From a virus: a DNA stretch of 42,494 nt. The translations under genes were made by a program, and so were the position numbers. Numbering within the stretch: position 1 is the first letter of the stretch; each line of letters begins with the position of its first letter. The notes under the pieces are model-generated. The model had not been told where the DNA came from. It did not search any database and saw nothing but the letters and a program-made list of their open reading frames with translations. The stretch lies in the IMG/VR virus record IMGVR_UViG_3300045988_020762. One strand, written 5' to 3'. Positions 1 through 6,925 of this stretch are shown piece by piece.

Positions 1-77
1 GAGACGGCGGTGCTGGCGGTGGACGTCCACGGCCAGAGCTGCCTACAGGCGGCGGCGCTGCTCCACGTCAGCGTGGA
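1..77. repeat. Terminal direct repeat identical to 42418..42494 (circularisation overlap)
   Basis: Read directly: bases 1-77 (gagacggcggtgctgg...cacgtcagcgtgga) recur exactly as the last 77 bases. Confidence 0.97.
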
Positions 78-138
78 TGGCCTCGCCAAGATCCGGCGAA
101 GGGCCTACGCCAAGATCGCGGATGATATGCAGGGATAG
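1..138 (+). CDS. 3' part of junction-spanning gene: sigma-70 region-4-like HTH protein (continues from 42319..42494)
   Basis: Frame 1 is open from base 1 to TAG at 136-138. It joins in frame with the ORF starting at ATG 42319. The translation ...EETAVLAVDVHGQSCLQAAALLHVSVDGLAKIRRRAYAKIADDMQG resembles a sigma region 4 HTH. Confidence 0.6.
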   Translation, partial: ETAVLAVDVHGQSCLQAAALLHVSVDGLAKIRRRAYAKIADDMQG

Positions 139-140
139 AG

Positions 141-169
141 AGAGCCGTGTCCGATTCGGACACGGCTCT
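141..169. terminator. Hairpin between convergent genes (bidirectional terminator candidate)
   Basis: Perfect 13-bp stem agagccgtgtccg / cggacacggctct with loop att, followed by T-rich ttctctatcttt. It sits between the stop at 138 (+) and the stop at 173 (-). Confidence 0.7.
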
Positions 170-172
170 TCT

Positions 173-412
173 CTATCTTTCCAGTTCATTTTCGAGCGCT
201 TCAATAATGAATTGACGCTTAGAAATTCTTCTGCTGGCGGCGGCATCGGCGATCTTCTGCATCATTTCTTTAGGGATGTCAGCCGTTAGTCTGGCATAGT
301 TCTCAGCACGCCACCGCTTTTTCGCCTGGTCCTCTTTCTCAACGGCGGCATCTGACATGATATAGTGATAGATCTTCCCGTCAGGCATCCGCTTTGCTCG
401 CTCACGTGTCAT
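173..412 (-). CDS. Ribbon-helix-helix (CopG/Arc/MetJ-like) DNA-binding protein, 79 aa
   Basis: ATG at 412 is preceded by GGAGGTGGAG. The C-terminal pattern RLTADIPKEMMQKIADAAASRRISKRQFIIEALE fits strand-helix-helix. Confidence 0.7.
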   Translation of the reverse strand: MTRERAKRMPDGKIYHYIMSDAAVEKEDQAKKRWRAENYARLTADIPKEMMQKIADAAASRRISKRQFIIEALENELER

Positions 413-578
413 TCCGCTCCACCTCCAGACCCTTTCTGATGAGCCGCTTGATTTCCGTCTGGCGGGCTTTGCCTTCCAGCGCGGCGAGGATATCAGCATC
501 GGTGTTGTTGTTCAGTTTCAAGCCGATGAAGGTGGTGTTTTGCGCCATCCACTGGCGTTTCGCTTCACTATCCGGCAT
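402..578 (-). CDS. Small ribbon-helix-helix-like protein, 58 aa (below ORF-track cutoff)
   Basis: Hand translation: MPDSEAKRQWMAQNTTFIGLKLNNNTDADILAALEGKARQTEIKRLIRKGLEVERNDT. Its end overlaps the start of the next gene at 412. Confidence 0.6.
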   Translation of the reverse strand: MPDSEAKRQWMAQNTTFIGLKLNNNTDADILAALEGKARQTEIKRLIRKGLEVERNDT

Positions 579-581
579 GGC

Positions 582-785
582 TTAAAACAGGCTCTTGAAG
601 GTTACCCCGAACTTCTCGGCGGCTTCGGCTTTGAAGCGCTTTATATTTTCGTGGTAGTCCTCGCTGAAATACTCATTTGCCGCACCAGCGGAAATCATCC
701 GGGATTCCTGATCGTTGATGTAATCGGCAGCGGCTTCTGCGTTCTCTCCTAAAATTTTGTAAGTGTCCATCAAAATAGTTTTCAT
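582..785 (-). CDS. Hypothetical protein, 67 aa
   Basis: AAGGAGG lies 8 nt upstream of ATG 785. The gene is tightly packed with the downstream RHH genes. Confidence 0.6.
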   Translation of the reverse strand: MKTILMDTYKILGENAEAAADYINDQESRMISAGAANEYFSEDYHENIKRFKAEAAEKFGVTFKSLF

Positions 786-797
786 AATTTTCCTCCT

Positions 798-1016
798 TTA
801 CGCCTCAACCACGTTTTCAACACAGGACTTGGGGCACCAGATCGTCACATTCTTTTCGCCGCTCATGAAAAGAGCTTCAACGGACAGCTTATAGGCCTTT
901 TCAGTTTCGCCGATGATCTCCCCGAAAGCATCCAGTCTCTGGCAGTAATAGCGATCGTTGAGCTCCATCTTTTTTTCGATCTGGAACCATCTTTTCATGT
1001 TAGCGAACTTCTTCAT
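798..1016 (-). CDS. Hypothetical protein, about 73 aa (ORF open to 1031)
   Basis: ORF 798..1031. ATG at 1016 (MKKFANMKRW...) has GGGGA upstream. No family recognised. Confidence 0.5.
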   Translation of the reverse strand: MKKFANMKRWFQIEKKMELNDRYYCQRLDAFGEIIGETEKAYKLSVEALFMSGEKNVTIWCPKSCVENVVEA

Positions 1017-1050
1017 ATTTATGATCCCCATTTATCAAAATATTTTTTAA

Positions 1051-1091
1051 GGCAGTTTGAGGGCAGAATACAGGCAGTTTCCGGGCAGTTT
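1051..1091. promoter_or_regulatory. Four direct GGCAG(T/A)(T/A)T repeats at exact 11-bp phasing in a divergent promoter region
   Basis: GGCAG starts at 1051, 1062, 1073 and 1084. The last copy abuts a possible -35 TTGGTT (1091-1096), followed by a 17-nt spacer and CATAAA, upstream of the + cassette. Confidence 0.6.
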
Positions 1092-1139
1092 GGTTGTCCG
1101 GATTTTTTGTATCATAAAAGTGTAAAGGAGGCGCACACA

Positions 1140-1277
1140 ATGTACGAACGGCTTTTGGCCTGCGGGTATCCGACGGATTTGGCGCGAGATATTGTTGCGC
1201 AGACCGATCCGGCGGAGCTGGAACGCTGTGTGCGCATGATCGAGTTGCTCTACGATGACCGGAGGGAGTATGTATAA
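1140..1277 (+). CDS. Hypothetical protein, 45 aa (below ORF-track cutoff)
   Basis: Hand translation MYERLLACGYPTDLARDIVAQTDPAELERCVRMIELLYDDRREYV. AAAGGAGG RBS upstream. The 3' end overlaps the next gene's start. Confidence 0.5.
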   Translation: MYERLLACGYPTDLARDIVAQTDPAELERCVRMIELLYDDRREYV

Positions 1278-1647
1278 CCATTTTAACCCCAACCCCTGCG
1301 GGAAAAATGTGGGGGATTGCACTGTGCGGGCAATCGTCAAGGCTACCGGCAAGGATTGGGGCGAAATTTATTTGTTGCTCTGCATCCAAGGGTATCTTGA
1401 TGGGGATATGCCGTCAGCCAACGCTTGCTGGGGGAGGTATCTGCGGAGCATCGGATACCGGAGGTACATCGTGCCGGATACTTGCCCGGATTGCTACACG
1501 GTGGGGCAGTTTGCGGAGGATCACCCGGTAGGCACGTATATTCTGGCCCTGTCCGGCCATGTGGTCTGCGTGCAAGATGGCACGATCTGGGATAGCTGGG
1601 ACAGCAGCAACGAAACAGTATTGTATTTTTGGGTCAAGGAGGACTGA
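1270..1647 (+). CDS. Hypothetical protein with Cys...His signature (possible papain-like/C39-like peptidase fold), 125 aa
   Basis: Internal ATG 1270 follows GGAGGGAG. Motifs GDCTVRAI and LSGHVVCV...DSWDS suggest a Cys/His/Asp arrangement. The family is not firmly recognised. Confidence 0.55.
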   Translation: MYNHFNPNPCGKNVGDCTVRAIVKATGKDWGEIYLLLCIQGYLDGDMPSANACWGRYLRSIGYRRYIVPDTCPDCYTVGQFAEDHPVGTYILALSGHVVCVQDGTIWDSWDSSNETVLYFWVKED

Positions 1648-1649
1648 TT

Positions 1650-2090
1650 ATGGCTTACACACCTTACGGATGGCAAAATCCCTATTACGCACCGCCTATG
1701 CCGGATAACCTCATGCAGATGCGCCAGCAGCAGATGCAGCCCATGACACCCCAGATGCCGCAGGCCCCGCAAAACCCGGTGGCGCAGAGCGGTGTGCAGT
1801 GGGTCAGCGGCGAACAGGAGGCCCGGAACTGGATGATTGCGCCCAATGCCGCCGTGGCTTTGTGGGACAGCTCCGCGCCTACGGTGTACCTCAAGAAGGC
1901 GGATGCCAGCGGTAAACCGTCCCTCACGATTTATGACCTCGTAGAACGCGCAGAAACGCCCCGTACAGCCACGCAGGAAAAGGGCGTGGAGTTTGTCACC
2001 AGAAAAGAATTCGACGCACTAGCGGCGCTTGTGGGCGAATTGAAGGGCAAGAAGAAGCGCAAGGTAGAGGAGGAAGAGGACGATGAATAA
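1650..2090 (+). CDS. Hypothetical protein, 146 aa, with P/Q/M-rich N-terminus and acidic-basic tail
   Basis: AAGGAGG RBS before ATG 1650 (MAYTPYGWQNPYYAPPMPDNLMQMRQQQMQPM...). Confidence 0.65.
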   Translation: MAYTPYGWQNPYYAPPMPDNLMQMRQQQMQPMTPQMPQAPQNPVAQSGVQWVSGEQEARNWMIAPNAAVALWDSSAPTVYLKKADASGKPSLTIYDLVERAETPRTATQEKGVEFVTRKEFDALAALVGELKGKKKRKVEEEEDDE

Positions 2091-2304
2091 CAATCCGTTT
2101 TTCAATGCGTTAGGTGGCGGACAGATGCCGGGGTCGATGAGCGGCTTTCCTCAGCTTTTACAGCAGTTCAAGCAGTTCAAGGCAAGTTTTAAAGGCGACC
2201 CAAAAGCGGAAGTGGAGAAGATGCTGCAAAGCGGCAAAATCTCACAAGATCAGTTAAACAAGATACAGTCAATGGCAAACCAATTTCAGGGGCTTTTCAA
2301 GTAA
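2083..2304 (+). CDS. Hypothetical small protein, 73 aa
   Basis: ATG 2083 overlaps the previous stop. Q/K-rich helical sequence. Confidence 0.6.
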   Translation: MNNNPFFNALGGGQMPGSMSGFPQLLQQFKQFKASFKGDPKAEVEKMLQSGKISQDQLNKIQSMANQFQGLFK

Positions 2305-2357
2305 TCAAAATCGTGGCCACGGTTTGATATAAATATTTTTTCAAAAGGAGTGATACT

Positions 2358-3074
2358 ATGTCTCTTTCCTCTGACGGCACCATGCTGACTATGCCTGTGG
2401 CTCCTGCCAACACCGGAAACGGTAACGGCTTCGGCTGGGGCGGCGATGGCGCATGGTGGATCGTGCTGTTCCTCATTTTCGCTGCGTTCGGTGGCTGGGG
2501 TAACGGCTTTGGTTTCGGTGGCGGCGGCAACGGCGTGATGGACGGTTATGTCCTGACCTCTGATTTTGCCAATGTCGAGCGCAAGATCGACAGTGTAAAT
2601 CAGGGTCTTTGCGACGGATTTTACCAGCAGGCGCAGCTTATCAACGGCACCAACATGGCGATGGCAAACGGCTTTGGGCAGGCTGAGCTTTCCCGCAGTA
2701 ACCAGCAGGCGGCTCTCATGCAGCAGTTGACTGCCATGCAGATGCAGGCCGCTGAGTGCTGCTGCAACACCCAGCGCAGCATCGAGGGCGTGCGCTATGA
2801 TATGGCGGCGCAGGCTTGCGATACCCGGAACACGGTGCAGAACGCCACCCGGGACATTATCGACAATGCCAACAGCAACAGCCGCGCGATCCTCGATTTC
2901 CTGACCCAGAGCAAGCTGCAGGATCTCCAGAGCGAGAACCAGAGCTTGAAGCTGGCCGCATCTCAGGCGGCGCAGAACAGCTATCTGGTGTCCCAGCTCC
3001 GGCCTTCTCCCATTCCGGCCTACACGGTGCAGAACCCCTATTGCTGCAACCAGTTTGCCGGATGCGGCTGCTGA
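2358..3074 (+). CDS. Hypothetical membrane-associated protein: Gly/aromatic-rich N-terminus with one TM segment, Q/N-rich coiled region, CC/CCC motifs
   Basis: AAAGGAG RBS. The N-terminus GNGNGFGWGGDGAWWIVLFLIFAAFGGWGNGFGFGGGGNG resembles YjcZ-type sporulation peptides. Cys clusters are AECCCN and YCCNQFAGCGC. Confidence 0.7.
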   Translation: MSLSSDGTMLTMPVAPANTGNGNGFGWGGDGAWWIVLFLIFAAFGGWGNGFGFGGGGNGVMDGYVLTSDFANVERKIDSVNQGLCDGFYQQAQLINGTNMAMANGFGQAELSRSNQQAALMQQLTAMQMQAAECCCNTQRSIEGVRYDMAAQACDTRNTVQNATRDIIDNANSNSRAILDFLTQSKLQDLQSENQSLKLAASQAAQNSYLVSQLRPSPIPAYTVQNPYCCNQFAGCGC

Positions 3075-3156
3075 CAACTGCATAGCGTAGCTTTTTGTTG
3101 GCAATGTTTTGTTGACGCCAACAAAATGTTCGGCCCCGTGCCGATACTGATGACAA

Positions 3157-3190
3157 AGCGGCGGGGCAGTAGCCCTGCCGCTGATTTTAT
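3157..3190 (+). terminator. Rho-independent terminator candidate inside the cassette
   Basis: 11-bp stem agcggcggggc / gccctgccgct (one G-U pair), loop agta, followed by gattttat. It lies immediately upstream of the RBS of the 3205 gene. Confidence 0.65.
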
Positions 3191-3204
3191 GAAAGGAGAT
3201 TTCT

Positions 3205-3630
3205 ATGCCTGAATACACTGCCATTGCCGCACAGACCGTAGCGGCAAACCAGAACGTGCTTTTTACGGAAGCACCGATTCCCTGCACTAAGGGCCTTGTG
3301 ACGCACCGCACTGGCTCTGGCCTGTTTAACCTCCGTGGTAACTGCTCCCAGTGCCGTGTCCGCTACAAGGTGGACTTTATTGGCAACATCGCCGTAAGCA
3401 CCGGCGGGACACCCGGTCCCATCTCCGTTGCCATTGCGGTTGACGGTGAGCCGCTCCCGTCCTCCGTTGCGACGGTGACGCCCACGGTTGCGGGGGCATT
3501 TTTTAACGTGGCTGCATCCGAGTACGTTGACGTTACAAAGGGTTGCTGCGCGTCGCTGTCCATCCGCAACGTTAGTGGCGAGGCCATTGACGTGAGCAAC
3601 GCGAACCTTATCATTACCAGAGTTTGCTGA
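3205..3630 (+). CDS. Possible C1q/TNF-like jelly-roll protein resembling BclA C-terminal (exosporium) domains, 141 aa
   Basis: GAAAGGAG RBS. The pattern NQNVLF...GLFNLRG...YKVDFIGNIA...ISVAIAVDGEPLP...LSIRNVSGEAIDVSNANLIITRV parallels BclA-CTD-type sequences. Terminal and internal Cys residues are present. Confidence 0.55.
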   Translation: MPEYTAIAAQTVAANQNVLFTEAPIPCTKGLVTHRTGSGLFNLRGNCSQCRVRYKVDFIGNIAVSTGGTPGPISVAIAVDGEPLPSSVATVTPTVAGAFFNVAASEYVDVTKGCCASLSIRNVSGEAIDVSNANLIITRVC

Positions 3631-3644
3631 GAAAGGAGAACACA

Positions 3645-4010
3645 ATGGGAATGAAATCTATGTATGAACTGCGGGATATGCTCTGCAAGGAGCTGGAAGA
3701 AATCACCCGCAAGGGCGAGCTGGGCGCCGGGGATCTGGACATTGCCCACAAGCTGACGGACACCATCAAAAATATCGACAAAATCGAGGCAATGGACGAG
3801 CGCGGCTATTCCGGGCGCTATCTGGATGATGACCTGCGTGGCTATGGCCGTGGCAGCTCCTATGCCCGTCGGCATTACGTCCGTGGCCATTACAGCCGCA
3901 CGGACGCCACTGAGCATCTTCGTAGCCAGATCAACGATATGATGCGGGAGACCGACGATGATCGCATCAAGGATGCCCTGCGCCGCGCAATGGACATGAT
4001 GGAGGACTAA
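3645..4010 (+). CDS. Hypothetical protein, 121 aa (helical N-half, R/Y/G-rich middle)
   Basis: GAAAGGAG RBS 3631-3638 and ATG 3645 (MGMKSMYELRDML...). Confidence 0.65.
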   Translation: MGMKSMYELRDMLCKELEEITRKGELGAGDLDIAHKLTDTIKNIDKIEAMDERGYSGRYLDDDLRGYGRGSSYARRHYVRGHYSRTDATEHLRSQINDMMRETDDDRIKDALRRAMDMMED

Positions 4011-4024
4011 GGGGGTAGGCCCCA

Positions 4025-4327
4025 ATGATTGACGATCGAGAAGTGGCGCTATGGATCAAGCGGTTAGAGACGGAAGAATCCAGCTGGGCAAACTATGAAA
4101 AGCTGGCGGCGCTGTATACCATCCAAAACCAGAACCGAGAGCCGGTGAGGGAAAGCCGTATGATCGATGCGTATTCTGCGGCTCCCGCGCATGACAGCGA
4201 ATTCCTTCGGGCGGTGTCCAACGTTGACCCAGCTCGTGCGTGGGAGGTCATGGACGAGCTGATGGACAACTTGCAGGTGATAAACGAGCGGGTTTACAAT
4301 AGCGTCATGCGAAAATTGGAAAGCTAA
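4025..4327 (+). CDS. Hypothetical protein, 100 aa
   Basis: AAGGGGG RBS before ATG 4025. Last gene of the + cassette. Confidence 0.65.
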   Translation: MIDDREVALWIKRLETEESSWANYEKLAALYTIQNQNREPVRESRMIDAYSAAPAHDSEFLRAVSNVDPARAWEVMDELMDNLQVINERVYNSVMRKLES

Positions 4328-4331
4328 ACTT

Positions 4332-4370
4332 AACCCCTCGGCAAATGCCGGGGGGTTAGTTATATTTTAA
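4332..4370. terminator. Terminator hairpin between the convergent cassette and the integrase gene
   Basis: Stem aacccctcggc / gccgggggtt (11 bp including one U-G pair), loop aaat, then agttatatttt. Confidence 0.65.
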
Positions 4371-4397
4371 CGTTAGCGTTGCGACATGAAAATAAGA

Positions 4398-5738
4398 CTA
4401 ACTTGGCGTTACAAAAAACGCACCGTCATTGTCTGCGTCGATGCGCTGGATTGTGCGTACCCAGAATTCCTTTTTTGCCTGCCGGTCTAAATCAGGATAT
4501 TCCTTCAATTCCCGCCGTAATGTTTCAAGGTCAAATTCTTTTATAGGCTCCGGGTTTATTGCCGCGAGCTGCTGTTTCAATTCCGTATAGTCTTTTTTGT
4601 ATTCTTCGATTTCAATCAAATCCGACAGATACAGGTCTTTCAGTTTTTGCATTTTCCGCTTGATTTGTTCCGCCGTTTTGGGCGGCTTTTTTTCTGCGGT
4701 TTTTGATTTGGAGTAATACTTTTTTGCGATCCCCTCAAATTCCCGCAGAAGGTAATCCTCCAGCACATCTTCCCGGATCCTGAGAATGTGCGGGCAGTCG
4801 GCTGGGTCGAGTGTGTGCGTTCTGCATCGGTAGTACTTGTACACCTGCTTTACAGTCTCCGGCTGCATATTTCTACCGCACTCCCGGCAACGGAGAATTC
4901 CGGTAAACAAATATATTCGATCCGCACTGGCGTTCCGCTGGCTTCGCCGTTCCAAGATTTTCCCAGCAAGGTCGAAGGTTTCTCGATCGACGAGTGCGGG
5001 CAATGCGTTTTCCACGCCGAACGCCTCACCTAAGTACAGGCGGCTTCTCAACGCATCCTTGTATTTGTTGTACGAGCGTTTGATCCCCCACTCCGTTGCC
5101 ATATACCGCCTTAGCGCAAGGATGCTTTGCAGCCGTATAAAGGCTGGGAACATATCTCGCGCTGCAGCTGCGGTTTCTTCATCAATGGCGTAGCGCCGGT
5201 TCTTCACGCAGATTCCGATAGGAGTTTTCCCGTTAGTGGGCTGGCCCTTTGCCCTCTTGCCCTCGTTGATGGCCTTAATGCGCTCCGATGTGCGGTCAGC
5301 TTCGTCCTGCGCTACCGACAACATAATATTGACCTTCAATCGCCCTGATGCAGTCCGCGTTTCGTAGTCCTCTCTAATGGCCTGCCAATCCACATGATTT
5401 TTGTCGAGAACCTCTTGCACGGCGTAGTACCCCGCCACATTCCGAAACCACCTATCCAGCTTGACAAAAAGGATGGTGTCGATTTTCCCGGCGCGGCAAT
5501 CATCAAGCAGGCGCATCAAGGCCGGACGCTTTTTATACGGCTTTCTGGCGCTGATTCCGGCGTCCTCGTAAATGCCCACAACCTCCATGCCGTGTGCGGC
5601 GGCATATGCAATCAGAGCCTCCCGCTGGTCTGCCAGGGACAGGCCGTGCTTCGCCTGTTCTTCGGTCGATACCCTGATGTACAGTGCTACACGGATGCGT
5701 AGATTATTTGGTAGAGTGACCACTATTTTTTGGCACAT
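4398..5738 (-). CDS. Large serine recombinase (phage integrase)
   Basis: N-terminal resolvase domain (ALYIRVSTEEQ...GLSLADQ), recombinase domain and zinc ribbon (CRECGRNM...YYRC). ATG 5738 is preceded by GGAGGGG. Confidence 0.9.
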   Translation of the reverse strand: MCQKIVVTLPNNLRIRVALYIRVSTEEQAKHGLSLADQREALIAYAAAHGMEVVGIYEDAGISARKPYKKRPALMRLLDDCRAGKIDTILFVKLDRWFRNVAGYYAVQEVLDKNHVDWQAIREDYETRTASGRLKVNIMLSVAQDEADRTSERIKAINEGKRAKGQPTNGKTPIGICVKNRRYAIDEETAAAARDMFPAFIRLQSILALRRYMATEWGIKRSYNKYKDALRSRLYLGEAFGVENALPALVDRETFDLAGKILERRSQRNASADRIYLFTGILRCRECGRNMQPETVKQVYKYYRCRTHTLDPADCPHILRIREDVLEDYLLREFEGIAKKYYSKSKTAEKKPPKTAEQIKRKMQKLKDLYLSDLIEIEEYKKDYTELKQQLAAINPEPIKEFDLETLRRELKEYPDLDRQAKKEFWVRTIQRIDADNDGAFFVTPS

Positions 5739-5739
5739 G

Positions 5740-6174
5740 TTATCCCCTCCAAAATCCATAGTTGGCACAATGGATGTCAACCCAAACGCACCAGGCAAAA
5801 AGCCCGATGATCAATAGTGACAAACCGAGTATGATCCACCTGTATAGCTTCACGGAGTGCCAAAGATTGCACAGTTCTGTGTCCATCAGGCCGATGGTCT
5901 GCCGTTTGTTCTCAAGGCGGTGTTCTAGTCCGTCCTTTTCCGCTTGCAACGTTTCCTCACTGGCCGTCAGATGATCTCCGATGCCGTAAAATTCATCCAG
6001 CGACACGCCAAGGACGGCGCATATTGGCCCAACCGTGGAGATATAGGGGGCCTTGGAAGCATGGGTAAAGAAATTGTTGACGGTAGACGGCGGAATCCCC
6101 GATGCTTCAGCTATGTCCTGAATGGTCATACCCAAAGCGTTACGTTTCGCCTTACAAACTTCCTGAATTGTCAT
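5740..6174 (-). CDS. XRE-family HTH protein with C-terminal transmembrane anchor, 144 aa
   Basis: AAGGAGG RBS before ATG 6174. HTH: MTIQDIAEASGIPPSTVNNF. C-terminal hydrophobic segment: WIILGLSLLIIGLFAWCVWV. Its stop abuts the integrase start. Confidence 0.8.
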   Translation of the reverse strand: MTIQEVCKAKRNALGMTIQDIAEASGIPPSTVNNFFTHASKAPYISTVGPICAVLGVSLDEFYGIGDHLTASEETLQAEKDGLEHRLENKRQTIGLMDTELCNLWHSVKLYRWIILGLSLLIIGLFAWCVWVDIHCANYGFWRG

Positions 6175-6378
6175 AAAAAGTGCCTCCTTACCCCCAAAAT
6201 CAAAATATGGGTAAAGGCGGCACAAACTTTTAAACGGCTGAAAATGCCAAAAACCAAGCTTTGGGACTTGCCCACCCAACCCTGTTTTTGCTACGCTTTG
6301 ATTACGGCAAGCCGACGTCCCCAGGCTTGCTCCCGGCTCCGCCGTTTGTTGCAGAGGCGGCGGGGCCGGGTTTTTCAC

Positions 6379-6627
6379 TTACTTTATTTCCCAAGAGTTT
6401 CCGCAATTCTGGCAAAGGCAAATCTTTTGATTTTTTACAACGGTCTTTTCGCCACCTTTGCTTTTCTTCCACACGAGATTAGACATGCCAAGGGTTGATA
6501 CCGCCATCAAGCCGCGAGCAGCATTGTTGATATGGCCTCCGATACCGTTCCCGTGCTTTTTGGTTTTACTTGACACTTGCCCCATAGAGATTGTTACATT
6601 TTCGCTTCCGCAATTAGGGCAAACCAT
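6379..6627 (-). CDS. Double zinc-ribbon protein, 82 aa
   Basis: AAAGGAG RBS. CPNCG at the N-terminus and CQNCG at the C-terminus. Confidence 0.6.
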   Translation of the reverse strand: MVCPNCGSENVTISMGQVSSKTKKHGNGIGGHINNAARGLMAVSTLGMSNLVWKKSKGGEKTVVKNQKICLCQNCGNSWEIK

Positions 6628-6711
6628 AGTGAAGCTCCTTTCATTCTTTTATATGCGTATATGTAAATATTCAATATGTGCGGTCAACCGTCATGCCCCC
6701 ATATCTTGCGG

Positions 6712-6739
6712 TTGCAAAATCATGGTGGTGTGCTATAAT
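6712..6739 (+). promoter_or_regulatory. SigA-type promoter candidate with extended -10
   Basis: TTGCAA (6712-6717), 16-nt spacer, TGcTATAAT (6731-6739). Confidence 0.5.
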
Positions 6740-6789
6740 AATCGAACAGGCGTTCTATTCGCAAATGATGAACGGAGGATACATAGATG

Positions 6790-6818
6790 TTGGATTTACC
6801 GGCAAACTGTGATATAAT
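6790..6818 (+). promoter_or_regulatory. Second SigA-type promoter candidate with extended -10
   Basis: TTGGAT (6790-6795), 17-nt spacer, TGaTATAAT (6810-6818). Confidence 0.5.
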
Positions 6819-6925
6819 GGCAACAGAACAGCTTGAAGAAATTCGCAACAAACTGATGCATGCCGTACTGCTTTTGCCGCAAGAGGAACAGGTAGAATTG
6901 CTGCGAATGATTAAAGGAGGAAACG

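Noticed and set aside
2286-3311. 341-aa ORF on the minus strand
   Set aside because: It is antisense to the RBS-supported + strand cassette genes, spans a terminator and has no start context.
4328-4397. attP core next to the serine integrase gene
   Set aside because: Only a weak imperfect inverted repeat (aacgttagcgtt) and the terminator hairpin are present. attP cannot be defined without the bacterial attB or prophage junction sequences.
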